Origin: a virus | Taxonomy: Duplodnaviria; Caudoviricetes | DNA: 50,423 bases | Reading direction: 5' to 3' (one strand) | Virus record (IMG/VR): IMGVR_UViG_3300035676_000592 | Span: 1 to 50,423 of that record | Shown: one piece after another, positions 17,774 to 27,878 of the stretch | How positions within the stretch are numbered: the first letter of the stretch is position 1 | Layout: each line of letters begins with the position of its first letter | Notes under the pieces: model-generated | The model's database searches: none | Told to the model about the DNA's origin: nothing | What the model saw: only the letters and a program-made list of their open reading frames with translations | Position numbers and translations under genes: made by a program

Positions 17774-18889
17774 ATGATAAAACAAACTTGGAATATAAGT
17801 AGTTCAGAGAAAGAAAGAATTTTGAGACTTCACGAGTCTGCAACCCAAAATCAATATTTAATAAAAGAGCAAGAAACAGAGCAACCTGAAACAGATATAC
17901 AAGGTAAAGTAAAAATAGTTGAAGATGAATTTACATTCAACTTTAATTTTAAATCAGGACATTGGAGTGTTAAAGCTGAAAGCTCATCTGAAGATGGAAC
18001 TACAATTGTTGATCAAGTTGCCGGTGTTATTACTAACCTGAAGAATTTCCTTAGTCAATATCTTTATCCTCAAATTACAAAGATAGATATTGTTTCTGGT
18101 GAGTCGGCGGTTACAAATTATGATAGAGAAATTGAAGGTAAGAACGTTGAATTACCTAAAGGTGAATTGGCAAAAAGAAGAAATGACACACTTAAAAAAT
18201 TGTTTCAAACTTATTTGAATGATTTAATTAATGCTGGTTTAATTCAGAAATTACCTGAATTTACTGAAGAAGTGGTTCAGGGGACTGAAACTGAAAAGGG
18301 TGAGGCGGCCAATTTGGAACAATTCGTTAAAGTTACGATTTCAGTTAGAGGGGTTAAGAAACAAGTGGGTTGTAAATTAGGTGTCGATATAGTTGTTCAA
18401 TATGATAAAGTTCCAGATACTGACCCAAAATTTCACAGATGTAATGATGCGATATTCCAACTTACTTTGAATAATATTCCTGTTGGAGAGGAGGGTGATC
18501 CTGATAGTAGATTTAACTTAAATAATTTCCCACATGGTCAATCGGTTAAGAAAAATCTATTAATAAGTCCTACGTTAGCGCAAAGAATCATCGGGACAAT
18601 GAAAAATCCTGAAGATGAGAATGAACCTATTATTATGAGATTAATATGTAAAACTTTGGGAACATGTCATGATTCACCTATGTTGATGACAATATTTGAT
18701 AAACAAGGTAATGTCGTTGGAGGTCCATCTTATTTTGGAGCATCGGATAAGGGAGAAGATAGAATGAAAGCAAATGAATATAGAGAAATCGGTAGCATCA
18801 ACAAATGTGGTAAAATATTAACGGTTGAAGATTGGTTTTCCGATACCAAAAAAGAAATAGAAGCCGCTCAGACTACTGAACCTAAATAA
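17774..18889 (+). CDS. Putative head-packaged protein with a degenerate OmpA-C-like domain
   Basis: N-terminal EKERILRLHES..LIKEQ leader; F.SG...IDIVSGES...LAKRR...QFVKVTI pattern. Confidence 0.55.
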   Translation: MIKQTWNISSSEKERILRLHESATQNQYLIKEQETEQPETDIQGKVKIVEDEFTFNFNFKSGHWSVKAESSSEDGTTIVDQVAGVITNLKNFLSQYLYPQITKIDIVSGESAVTNYDREIEGKNVELPKGELAKRRNDTLKKLFQTYLNDLINAGLIQKLPEFTEEVVQGTETEKGEAANLEQFVKVTISVRGVKKQVGCKLGVDIVVQYDKVPDTDPKFHRCNDAIFQLTLNNIPVGEEGDPDSRFNLNNFPHGQSVKKNLLISPTLAQRIIGTMKNPEDENEPIIMRLICKTLGTCHDSPMLMTIFDKQGNVVGGPSYFGASDKGEDRMKANEYREIGSINKCGKILTVEDWFSDTKKEIEAAQTTEPK

Positions 18890-18890
18890 A

Positions 18891-19142
18891 TCAATTTGAT
18901 TTATTGTTTTGTTCTTTAATTCTTTTCGTTGTCTCCTCAACAGTTTTATCCCATTTTTGATTAAACTCAATTAAGGACATGACTTTTCCGTTATGTAAGG
19001 TAATATATTCAATGGTATCTTGTCGTTTATGAAAACCGAAAGTATGTTTTTTTCCAATGACCGCACCATCTAAAATTATTACTCGTTGTGTTCCACAAGA
19101 ACAAATAACAAAAATAGATAAAAATAGGATTAATTTTTTCAT
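18891..19142 (-). CDS. Small lipoprotein
   Basis: MKKLILFLSIFVICSC: basic N-terminus, hydrophobic stretch, lipobox-like Cys; ATG at 19142. Confidence 0.65.
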   Translation of the reverse strand: MKKLILFLSIFVICSCGTQRVIILDGAVIGKKHTFGFHKRQDTIEYITLHNGKVMSLIEFNQKWDKTVEETTKRIKEQNNKSN

Positions 19143-19254
19143 CGGTGAATTTTTTGGTAATTTAAACATTTAAGATGAAATAAGAGATTCTGGAACGATA
19201 TTTTTTTAAAAGTGTGTCAGAATTAACAATTCTAATTAAAATCCACCAGTCTCT

Positions 19255-19479
19255 TTAAAATTGGTCTAAATCATTATTATTCAGTATTCTGACAGACTTT
19301 GATATAAGTTCAGACTCTAAAAGATTAAAAATACCTGATTTATAGGCGTATTGTAACGATTGTGTTATAATATGCTTTGTTTGTTTTTCATCTAAATTAT
19401 CTATTAGACTTGTTAAATCTTCAGTAGAATAAAATGGGATACTTCCAAATAATACTCCGACAGGTTGTTTTTGCTCCAT
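19255..19479 (-). CDS. Hypothetical protein
   Basis: 74-aa ORF. Confidence 0.7.
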   Translation of the reverse strand: MEQKQPVGVLFGSIPFYSTEDLTSLIDNLDEKQTKHIITQSLQYAYKSGIFNLLESELISKSVRILNNNDLDQF

Positions 19480-19505
19480 AATAATATTTATTTATAAAGA
19501 AATAT

Positions 19506-20201
19506 ATGAATAAAAAACCAATAAAAGAAGCAACAGGTTCTGGAAGTTCAGGAAAATTTAAAACACCTATTGTGTTGGCACCTGAAGTTTGGGGGAAAAA
19601 AGAATTGGCCCCGTTTATTGAACCGGTTTATTCATATACAAATGCGGAACTTGCGTATGAAGAAGCTGATGGAGATTTTAAGGAAAGTCCACAAAAACGA
19701 GCTGAAATCGAAAGAAAAACAAAACGTATTTCTGCTAAAGATGAATATTTAAAACAATTTTATACAGGACAAACAGATGAGGATGGAAATCCTATTAATC
19801 AAACTATGAGTGGTTTACCTATGAAAGAAGAATTATTAAGAGAAGATTTGGCCGTTTGGTTTGGAACCAAGAAAAAACCTAAAGGTAGTAAACAACCAAA
19901 AGGACCTTGGGTTAATATTTGCAGAAAAGATAAAGATGGTAAACATCCTCCTTGTGGGAGACCTGAAGCAGATACTAAAAGTTATCCTAAATGTAGAGCG
20001 GCAGGTGTTGCGGGTAAAATGACTGACGCACAGAAAAAAGCAGCATGTGCTCAGAAAAGAAGAGAAGAAAAGAAAAATCCAAAAGTAGGAAAAGGTAACA
20101 AACCTACTATGGTATCATATAAACCAAAAGGGTCAAAGAACGAATCCTTAACCCTTTTAATTAAAAATATTTTAAGAGAAAATATTAAAGGTCAGCAATA
20201 A
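19506..20201 (+). CDS. Hypothetical protein with basic, Cys-containing C-terminal domain
   Basis: EDLAVWF..WVNIC...PCGR...YPKCR motif; LxE motifs at both ends. Confidence 0.75.
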   Translation: MNKKPIKEATGSGSSGKFKTPIVLAPEVWGKKELAPFIEPVYSYTNAELAYEEADGDFKESPQKRAEIERKTKRISAKDEYLKQFYTGQTDEDGNPINQTMSGLPMKEELLREDLAVWFGTKKKPKGSKQPKGPWVNICRKDKDGKHPPCGRPEADTKSYPKCRAAGVAGKMTDAQKKAACAQKRREEKKNPKVGKGNKPTMVSYKPKGSKNESLTLLIKNILRENIKGQQ

Positions 20202-20653
20202 GGTGCTGAACATTTTTTCTTTCCATCAGTTCCTGGCATTTTTCCTTTGCATACCTGCACTCCGTATCCATTTGAATATGCACTTGGGTGAACTTTAAAT
20301 TTCGCCTTAGCGGCAGCCAAACCCCTAGCACATAACTTAGTCCCCGCCTTTTTTCTACCTTCACTTAAATCTTCATAGTCTGTATATTCAGATTCTTTGT
20401 TTTTTTCGTTCATAATAAAATCAAAAACTTGGTCCATATTAACTTTGGCTTCGGCGATATGATCATCGGCCCAGTCGTGACCATTAGTTAAGATTTCATC
20501 AATCATATCTCGGTCCATTTCGAGTAACATTTCACATTGTCTTTTTATTTGTTCCAAGTTACTGAAAAACATATAATTTGCTTGTTCTTGTTCTGACAAT
20601 ACTTTTTTAACTAGTCTATTTATGTCAGATTCTTTTAATTTGATTGTTCTCAT
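20192..20653 (-). CDS. Hypothetical protein with LxE leader and PSAY motif
   Basis: MRTIKLKESDINRLVKKVLSEQ leader; KAKFKVHPSAYSNGY. Confidence 0.75.
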   Translation of the reverse strand: MRTIKLKESDINRLVKKVLSEQEQANYMFFSNLEQIKRQCEMLLEMDRDMIDEILTNGHDWADDHIAEAKVNMDQVFDFIMNEKNKESEYTDYEDLSEGRKKAGTKLCARGLAAAKAKFKVHPSAYSNGYGVQVCKGKMPGTDGKKKCSAPYC

Positions 20654-22152
20654 TTTTTATTTACGATTTGAAAGGTTAATTCTCTTTTATAAGTATCTTT
20701 TTCTCCGGAAGTATTCACTTGAATATCAACATAATATTGATTTGGGATTTTATCTCTCATATCAAAAATAAAATAGTATTCATTTGGGGTTCTATTTATT
20801 GGTGTCCAATCTTGGACTTGAACTTCGGTGGTTCCTTCTTTAACATATACTCTATAAAATGCTGATATATTTTGTAGGAGTTGTTGTCCTGTGTAGGCTT
20901 TTTTGATTGTCACTCCGACTTTTCGTATATCGCTATTCAGTATTTTTTCATTTTGTAGGATTCCATAAAAATCAAATCCAAACTTTTGTGGTTCTTTGGA
21001 TAAAGAACCGATTTGGATTCCGGCATTATATTGTTGTAGAGTAAATTGATTGGTTACATTTGGGATGGCCTCTCCGTTAATTTCTAAATTTGACCAAGTG
21101 TCGTAAAACATACAAGGGGTTGGGTAAGCGGTAAATCCATTTGGAACAATAACTTCATAAACTCCTTTGGTTATTAAACAAGTTGGTAGGTTGTTCATTC
21201 CTGCAACAATGGTTCCGTTTCTATCTTCTATGGTAACTGTGGGTAAATTATCTAAATTAACCAAGTCACCGTTTTGATAAACATATAAAAATAGTCTGTT
21301 TGTTTGATTCTTTAAGAATAGATTTCTATCATCTTGGATTAGGTCATTGTAATTAGTCAATAAGTAAGGTTGATAGAATGTTTGTGTGCTTTTTGAGAAG
21401 AATGCAACGCTGTAACTATCGGTAAGTCCTGTGATGTTCTCAACATCAGGAACATATGCAATTCCCCAACCTGTAACACCTGTTATTGTTCCGTTTAATA
21501 TTCCATTGATTTCATCGGTCATATCCATATCGATGTCCTCATTTCCTAGTTCAAAGTGTTGCCTTGTAACTATTGTGAGGCCAGAATAATTAACTGAACC
21601 TTCATTTTTGTTGTTGTATATTCCGGGTTGTGACCAACTTGATGTTGTGGTTGTTTGATACCAGTTTGATGGTCGTGTTGAAAATGCTCTTTCATCAACG
21701 TATGTTAATGGTGATTGACCCCCTTGAGCACTGTTTTTGGATAAGTTAAAATCATTATAATCATAACCTACACCTTCGTCCCATAATTGTGGATCACCTG
21801 TGTCTCCTGAGGTTTTTGGGATTCTGAATAGGATTAAATCAAATGAGGTTGCACGTCTCCTTGAATTGGTCATGAACGTATTTAAAAGTTCATTATCAAA
21901 AGAGGATGTGTTTGTCATCTTTAAGGTATGGGTCATACCTGTTGTGCATCCTGTTGAAATAACACCTGAACTTATGTTTTCACGCAATAAGTCCAAACCC
22001 AAATCGAAGATATATCTTGTGTAACCATAGTTTGGGACAATGAAATCCGATGCACCAAAATTCAATTCAATAACAGGATTCCTTGCAGTGTTGACATAGG
22101 AATTTGACGTTATTGTATTGTTCTTATTAATATAGGAACGTAAAATTGACAT
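20650..22152 (-). CDS. Putative virion structural protein
   Basis: 500 aa, beta-rich composition, next to the spike-like gene, TATTTAT motif upstream. Confidence 0.6.
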   Translation of the reverse strand: MSILRSYINKNNTITSNSYVNTARNPVIELNFGASDFIVPNYGYTRYIFDLGLDLLRENISSGVISTGCTTGMTHTLKMTNTSSFDNELLNTFMTNSRRRATSFDLILFRIPKTSGDTGDPQLWDEGVGYDYNDFNLSKNSAQGGQSPLTYVDERAFSTRPSNWYQTTTTSSWSQPGIYNNKNEGSVNYSGLTIVTRQHFELGNEDIDMDMTDEINGILNGTITGVTGWGIAYVPDVENITGLTDSYSVAFFSKSTQTFYQPYLLTNYNDLIQDDRNLFLKNQTNRLFLYVYQNGDLVNLDNLPTVTIEDRNGTIVAGMNNLPTCLITKGVYEVIVPNGFTAYPTPCMFYDTWSNLEINGEAIPNVTNQFTLQQYNAGIQIGSLSKEPQKFGFDFYGILQNEKILNSDIRKVGVTIKKAYTGQQLLQNISAFYRVYVKEGTTEVQVQDWTPINRTPNEYYFIFDMRDKIPNQYYVDIQVNTSGEKDTYKRELTFQIVNKK

Positions 22153-22173
22153 CTATTGTTTTTATAATAAATA

Positions 22174-23676
22174 TCAATTAAGTCGGATATTGGTATTTAA
22201 GATTGTATTTGAAGCCCCTTGTAGTTTTGTAAGTATCTCTGAGGCCTGTGTTCCATCGATTGTTGTTGGAACTGGTGAAACACCAGGATATGGGTGACAA
22301 TGTGTGACCAAGAACCTAACAATCAATGTTAATAACTCCATTAATTCTTCACCCCTAACTAAAGAAGATGTTTTTGGTAAAATTTCATCATTAAATTGTT
22401 CTTGTGAAATACCGTAGATTGTATTACTGAAATTTATTTTTCCTTTGCCAGGTATTGAACTTCTATGCGACAATAAGAACAACTTATCTGACCCTAATGC
22501 AGATACTGTTGTTTTTTTATACAACGTGTTTGTTTTAGGAATTTCTCGGGTTACGATATCCGCAGGTGTCCCAACCTTATCTTGGGTGTATATTAAACCA
22601 CTTCCACCCTTTAAGGCGGGGTATAATTTTATTGACGCGAATATCTCAGATAGATTTTTCTGTTCTATACCTGACGTATTCATTGCATCGTAAGTGATTT
22701 TTGCTGGACGATAATACATTGGAAATTTATCATTTGAATTGGAAAACAACGGTTTGCCATCAAATGATGTGTTTTTACTATTACACCTTTTAATGAAAGC
22801 GTTAATGTAATTTATCGCATCTTTTTTACTTAAAGCAGTAAAATCATCCTTAAATGATAATATTTTTAAATTTTCAGGAACCACACTATTAACCGACATA
22901 TTATCAGAATTTACTGATATATCAGGTTTTAATTGATATAGGAAAATAGACCCTGTAAATTTATCTAATGTGTTTTCTGGGTTCAATATTACATATTCAA
23001 TCAGATAATTAACCAACAATGTTTTTGGAACCAACTCCGTTATTTTGGAAGGTGCCGTAGATACCTTTTCTTGGTTAAATGCAGATATTTGAAGAAATCC
23101 TCGTTTATTATCAGCAACAGGTAAAACATTTGGTTCCAAAGTTGCACCAACAAACTTACCTGAACGAATTAAAATTTCATCTTGTTTGACTATAACATCC
23201 GAACTACCACGACCTAATAAAGAGTTATCACCAGGTTCAGGAAATACTCCCTTGTGAACTTCAAAGTTTGGATATGTTCCATCTTGATTTTTTAGTGGGA
23301 GTGGATTTGAAATTTGAATTCCCGTCCCCATAAATTTATTCCCACCTTGGTAGTATTGAAACCCTGATGCGGTTGGAGAATAAAACGTGCTTTGTATATA
23401 ATATTGATTAATGAATTTTGTTCCAGGATTGGCATACATCGCCAATACCATCTCATCAACCTTTGGTGTGGAATATAGATAATATGGAATCAATGGGTTG
23501 AAGATAAATGGGTCCCTACTTGTCCAAATATCTTTTTCCTCATTCCAAGGTGGGTCAGAAATACTTTTTAGAATGTCATCGTAGTTATCTATTAAACGTC
23601 TAGCCCTGATTCTACCCAACATTAAAGGGTCATCATTATTTAAAACTTGACATTGAAACAGCAACTGACTTTCCAT
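22174..23676 (-). CDS. Baseplate hub/spike-like protein (gp5/gpV-type OB fold)
   Basis: N-terminal VLNNDDPLMLGRIRAR and PKVDEMVL; C-terminal LVRGEEL...THCHP (HxH). Confidence 0.65.
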   Translation of the reverse strand: MESQLLFQCQVLNNDDPLMLGRIRARRLIDNYDDILKSISDPPWNEEKDIWTSRDPFIFNPLIPYYLYSTPKVDEMVLAMYANPGTKFINQYYIQSTFYSPTASGFQYYQGGNKFMGTGIQISNPLPLKNQDGTYPNFEVHKGVFPEPGDNSLLGRGSSDVIVKQDEILIRSGKFVGATLEPNVLPVADNKRGFLQISAFNQEKVSTAPSKITELVPKTLLVNYLIEYVILNPENTLDKFTGSIFLYQLKPDISVNSDNMSVNSVVPENLKILSFKDDFTALSKKDAINYINAFIKRCNSKNTSFDGKPLFSNSNDKFPMYYRPAKITYDAMNTSGIEQKNLSEIFASIKLYPALKGGSGLIYTQDKVGTPADIVTREIPKTNTLYKKTTVSALGSDKLFLLSHRSSIPGKGKINFSNTIYGISQEQFNDEILPKTSSLVRGEELMELLTLIVRFLVTHCHPYPGVSPVPTTIDGTQASEILTKLQGASNTILNTNIRLN

Positions 23677-23879
23677 TATTTTCTATTTTGAAATTCCTTC
23701 AAAGTATTATTATACATCAACTCAATATTATCAAGATAATAAGTTGAATTTATTATCTTTTGTTTTGTTGATTCAAACTCTTCAGATAATAAATCCATAA
23801 TTTTAACCAAATCTGAATTTGGTAATTCCTGAAGATTTTTTTGTTTTTCTATTATGTCCAAATATTCTTCTTCTTTCAT
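23676..23879 (-). CDS. Small coiled-coil hypothetical protein
   Basis: ATG at 23879, immediately after the stop of the upstream gene. Confidence 0.65.
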   Translation of the reverse strand: MKEEEYLDIIEKQKNLQELPNSDLVKIMDLLSEEFESTKQKIINSTYYLDNIELMYNNTLKEFQNRK

Positions 23880-23880
23880 A

Positions 23881-25941
23881 TTAAAACGATTTTCCTGTTC
23901 CAGTAACACCTGCATCTGTTATTATTTCAACTTTACCATTTTCGTCTCTTTCTTTGTCCGAACCCATGTTCACCGCCAGACCAAATAGCGCCATAAAATT
24001 CGGTGAACCATCAGGTAACACTCCAGTTGGAATTCCGTATGATTGTAAAACTTGAATCATATTAATTGTTGACCTTTCGGGTGACGTTCCTGGTAAAAGT
24101 CTTGTCAAAGGTAATAATGGAGGTGGTATTTCTGGTTTTGGAAAATTAAATTTACCATTAATTAATCCTAATATTGTTAAAATATTATCTATGAGTGATT
24201 TACATTTTCGATAATCATCAATTAATTGTCCCACTGCAAGTGCTAGTTCAACATATCTCAAAATTATTCGATACATTTTTTGAACTTTGGCACTTTTTAT
24301 ATCAGAAATAACAACACCTATTAATTTAATAATGTCTCTTTTTAATATTTGAAATAATTCTTTTAAATATAAAGCACCTATTTCCGAAACTGTATTAACA
24401 GTGAACGTTCTAAATTTTTTCAAAAAATCAACACCATTTGTTACTACATTCGATGTTTGATTTGATAAGGTATTGGCAGAACTGGCGAATGTGTTAAAAT
24501 CCGTAATTGCTTGATTATATGTTGAGTCCCTTTCATTTTGAACTACCGCCAATAGAGTAAATATTGGTAATAAAACTTTTGGTGTTAAAACCCCGGCAGC
24601 AACCGCTAACGGTAATTTTTTGATGACAGATAGATTAATTGAAACATTCAGATTCAAATTTGATAACCCTTCTTGATTCCATTCCGGATTTTGAGTTATT
24701 GTATCGATAATTTTTTCGATACTTTCCACTTGATTATCTAAACTTTGACCGCTTAAACTTTTCCTAAAATTTATTAATTCATCAATTAAAATATCATTGT
24801 TCACAGGTAATTTAACATTACCACAATCTACAAACTCAATTACACCATTTTGTATGTTTGAAATCTCAACTTCAATATTTCTTAAATCGATTTCATTAAG
24901 TTCAAAAAAACTATCATCAATACCGTCTAACTCGGCAACTTTTGCTATACCACTAACATCAATTTCTCTTTTGGAGTCAAAACACAACCCTAAAATTCTT
25001 TGTAAGATTTTGAAAAAGGCGGACTGATTGGCTAAGTCTCCCGTTCCCAAATTTGCACTTACATTCATCACCCCTGACAACAAATTCATTATTTGGTATC
25101 CAATATCAACTGGGTCTACTAAACTAATTGTGCTATAATAGTCACTTAATAATGTTCCAACTTGGTTTGATGGTTGATTGTTTTGGTCTGTACGATTTAA
25201 TAAAACGACTCTGAAATAATCACCAGTAACTCCGTACTGGTTTGTTGTTGTATATTGGATATCAAAAATGTCTTGTTGTGAACTTCCTCGATAAAAATCT
25301 CCAACAATTTCTCGATAAGACTGTCCTTTATTTGCCAAAAGTTCATATAGTGCCTTATTCATCGGAAATGGAGTGATACCTCCATATGGTTTATATCCGG
25401 GACTATTTGCTACTGGTTCATCCTCATAATAAATTTCACCAAATTTACTACCAGGGTCGTTTTTTAGATTATAAAAAATATCAATAGAGGAAACTGGTAT
25501 ATAAATACCTTCTTGAAGAGGTAATAAAGACATTGATTGTAATTGTAATGGGTCAATACCAATATATGTTTGTTCTTGTGAACAACCTAAAGCCTTAATC
25601 GCATTTCTTTTAATTATTTCTTGAACTTCAGGTTGTATTTTAACTGATACCTCTAAAAGTTTTTTTCTTAATTCTTTGACTGTATTAGACCCAGTTCCAC
25701 TTGTGAGACCAATGAATGTCAATAACTCATCCATCGAGGTTGGGACCTCTCTCTGAAATCTTTTCTGTTTTTCTTTAATTTTGTCTAATTGGGATGAAAC
25801 TTCTGACGTTGCTTTTTGTAACGAATTACCTGCAGTTTTTTTTAATTCCTTTGCAGATTTTGAAATCTCGACATAACTTTTGATGGCATTAATTTTTCCC
25901 TTTGCCTCGTTTGTAGACTGATTTAAATCAACTGCTTGCAT
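23881..25941 (-). CDS. Large hypothetical protein, putative structural
   Basis: 686-aa ORF in the baseplate-like block. Confidence 0.7.
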   Translation of the reverse strand: MQAVDLNQSTNEAKGKINAIKSYVEISKSAKELKKTAGNSLQKATSEVSSQLDKIKEKQKRFQREVPTSMDELLTFIGLTSGTGSNTVKELRKKLLEVSVKIQPEVQEIIKRNAIKALGCSQEQTYIGIDPLQLQSMSLLPLQEGIYIPVSSIDIFYNLKNDPGSKFGEIYYEDEPVANSPGYKPYGGITPFPMNKALYELLANKGQSYREIVGDFYRGSSQQDIFDIQYTTTNQYGVTGDYFRVVLLNRTDQNNQPSNQVGTLLSDYYSTISLVDPVDIGYQIMNLLSGVMNVSANLGTGDLANQSAFFKILQRILGLCFDSKREIDVSGIAKVAELDGIDDSFFELNEIDLRNIEVEISNIQNGVIEFVDCGNVKLPVNNDILIDELINFRKSLSGQSLDNQVESIEKIIDTITQNPEWNQEGLSNLNLNVSINLSVIKKLPLAVAAGVLTPKVLLPIFTLLAVVQNERDSTYNQAITDFNTFASSANTLSNQTSNVVTNGVDFLKKFRTFTVNTVSEIGALYLKELFQILKRDIIKLIGVVISDIKSAKVQKMYRIILRYVELALAVGQLIDDYRKCKSLIDNILTILGLINGKFNFPKPEIPPPLLPLTRLLPGTSPERSTINMIQVLQSYGIPTGVLPDGSPNFMALFGLAVNMGSDKERDENGKVEIITDAGVTGTGKSF

Positions 25942-25942
25942 T

Positions 25943-26305
25943 TTATTTCATTTTGTAAGTCTCTTCGCTGGAGACATCTTTCACAATAAGATTTTGTATT
26001 AAATCCTCATCTAAATCCGCCAAAGTGAAAGATTCTTGATTAGAGTTAGACTTTTCCCAAATGCTTGATTGTAATTTAGATAAACTTATTTTTTTATCGA
26101 CACAATCATTAACAATTTTTTGTTGTTTCTCTATTACAGGTCCAATAACTTTCATATCGTCTTGGTCCTTTAACATTGTCAACATTTTATTTTGAATCCT
26201 TATTGCGGTCTGTCTTTGCTCTACAAGTTCATTATATATCTCCTGCATTAAAGATAATATTGAATCTTTAGTAAAATCAATTTGTTTTCTTTGTGGTCTC
26301 GGCAT
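25943..26305 (-). CDS. Hypothetical coiled-coil protein
   Basis: 120-aa ORF with TATTTAT motif 4 nt upstream of the ATG. Confidence 0.75.
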   Translation of the reverse strand: MPRPQRKQIDFTKDSILSLMQEIYNELVEQRQTAIRIQNKMLTMLKDQDDMKVIGPVIEKQQKIVNDCVDKKISLSKLQSSIWEKSNSNQESFTLADLDEDLIQNLIVKDVSSEETYKMK

Positions 26306-26320
26306 ATTAATAAATATTAT

Positions 26321-27070
26321 TTAAACGTTTTTCATTCTGTTTTGAATAATAATATACAACTTTTTATATCTTTTTATTGAACTCCTTATTTCTTTAGTTG
26401 TTAAATTCGTCATTTCTCTCAAAGACAGAAGAATTACATTTTTATTAAATTTATTATTTTCAGTGCCGGAAAATATTTCCTCATAGTTGTCAAATAAATC
26501 AAAAAGAGCCAAACCTAGTTTCTTTTCATTGTCGTTTAAATGTTCCAGATCAATAAAACTTTTCAACTCATTAAGATATTCCGTAATCATTTCAGTTGAA
26601 TCAAATTTTTCTTCATCTATGGTATATATCATATCAGGCCTTTCCTCAAGAGAAGATGATATGTCCTCATATGAAATTTTACGATTTGTCTCTTTTTGGT
26701 CTTTAATTATTTGACCCATCAAATAATTTTTACAAATTGTGCCAAAATATGAATAAGCCTTTTTATTTTTAGATGGTTTGAACTTGTCAACCTTCGTCAT
26801 TAAAAAGGAATGAGTATCTGTATGGATTTCAATAAAATCCATATCCTTTCGATATAATTTATATCGTCTAATAATAGATGATATCATCTTATCTAAAGGG
26901 CCTCTTAGAAATTCATTATAAATTTTGTTTTTTTCTTCTGATGTTTTTGCCATCAAAAAACTTATAACGGCATCTTCTTCTCTTACATCAAAATAATTTT
27001 CTTTAGTTGCCTTTCTACCCCTTTTTTTAGATGAAATATCTTCTGTTTTACCAGATAGATTTTCCAGCAT
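26321..27070 (-). CDS. Phage sigma-factor-like protein (gp55-like late sigma candidate)
   Basis: KVDKFKPSKNKKAYSYFGTICKNYL resembles sigma region 2 of phage late sigma factors. Confidence 0.65.
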   Translation of the reverse strand: MLENLSGKTEDISSKKRGRKATKENYFDVREEDAVISFLMAKTSEEKNKIYNEFLRGPLDKMISSIIRRYKLYRKDMDFIEIHTDTHSFLMTKVDKFKPSKNKKAYSYFGTICKNYLMGQIIKDQKETNRKISYEDISSSLEERPDMIYTIDEEKFDSTEMITEYLNELKSFIDLEHLNDNEKKLGLALFDLFDNYEEIFSGTENNKFNKNVILLSLREMTNLTTKEIRSSIKRYKKLYIIIQNRMKNV

Positions 27071-27877
27071 TTATGCTGTTTCTTGATTATAGTTTATTTC
27101 CCTGTCATTAGTGAAGAAATATTCTTTCTTCGCTGATTGAATCCAAAACTTCACTTCATCTTCAGTCATGACTTCTTCACCGTGTTTGTAATTCCAAAAA
27201 ATTGACCCTTCCCTTAAATTTATATGTTTATAACCTAATCTTGGGATTGTCATAATATTTACAGAATTATAGGTCAACCTCAATAAAAATTCATAAATGA
27301 ATGTTAATTTCATAGATGGTTTAAACCCACCAAAATCTTCAACCAATTTTTTCTTGAACACAGAACCCGCAGTTTGAAAATTTTGATAACTTTGTAAAGT
27401 TTCATTAGTTAAATACCCGAGTTCTTGTGAAAAATTTGCGGCAAATGTTGCTTCATTTGTAAATCCGACAAAAACACCTTTATCGTTTGTATCCACAACA
27501 ACAGGTAGAAACATATCAACACTAGGATATGATTCAATATATTTTTTTACGTTTTTGAACCAAATTTTTGAATACTCATCGTCAAACTCAAAGAGAGAAA
27601 CCCACTCAGATTTTGAATTTTCAATTCCATAATTTATTTGGTCACAATAGTTCGGACCTTTATCCCATAGTAATTTTTGAACATTTAAATCTCCAAAATC
27701 ATAAGAATTAATGAAGTCAATTAAAGATTCTTCTTGAGTATGGACTACAACCAACTCATTAACGGGTACTAGTTGTTCTTTTATTGATTGGATTGACTTA
27801 TCAAAAAATTCTTGAAAGTCTCTAACTTTCGATGATTTAATTGGTAAAATAATTGAAACTGGTACTATATTTTCCAT
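27071..27877 (-). CDS. Glycosyltransferase, GT2-like (GT-A fold)
   Basis: VSIILPI...INYGIENSKSEWVSLFEFDDEY...GGFKP; ATG at 27877. Confidence 0.8.
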   Translation of the reverse strand: MENIVPVSIILPIKSSKVRDFQEFFDKSIQSIKEQLVPVNELVVVHTQEESLIDFINSYDFGDLNVQKLLWDKGPNYCDQINYGIENSKSEWVSLFEFDDEYSKIWFKNVKKYIESYPSVDMFLPVVVDTNDKGVFVGFTNEATFAANFSQELGYLTNETLQSYQNFQTAGSVFKKKLVEDFGGFKPSMKLTFIYEFLLRLTYNSVNIMTIPRLGYKHINLREGSIFWNYKHGEEVMTEDEVKFWIQSAKKEYFFTNDREINYNQETA

Positions 27878-27878
27878 A

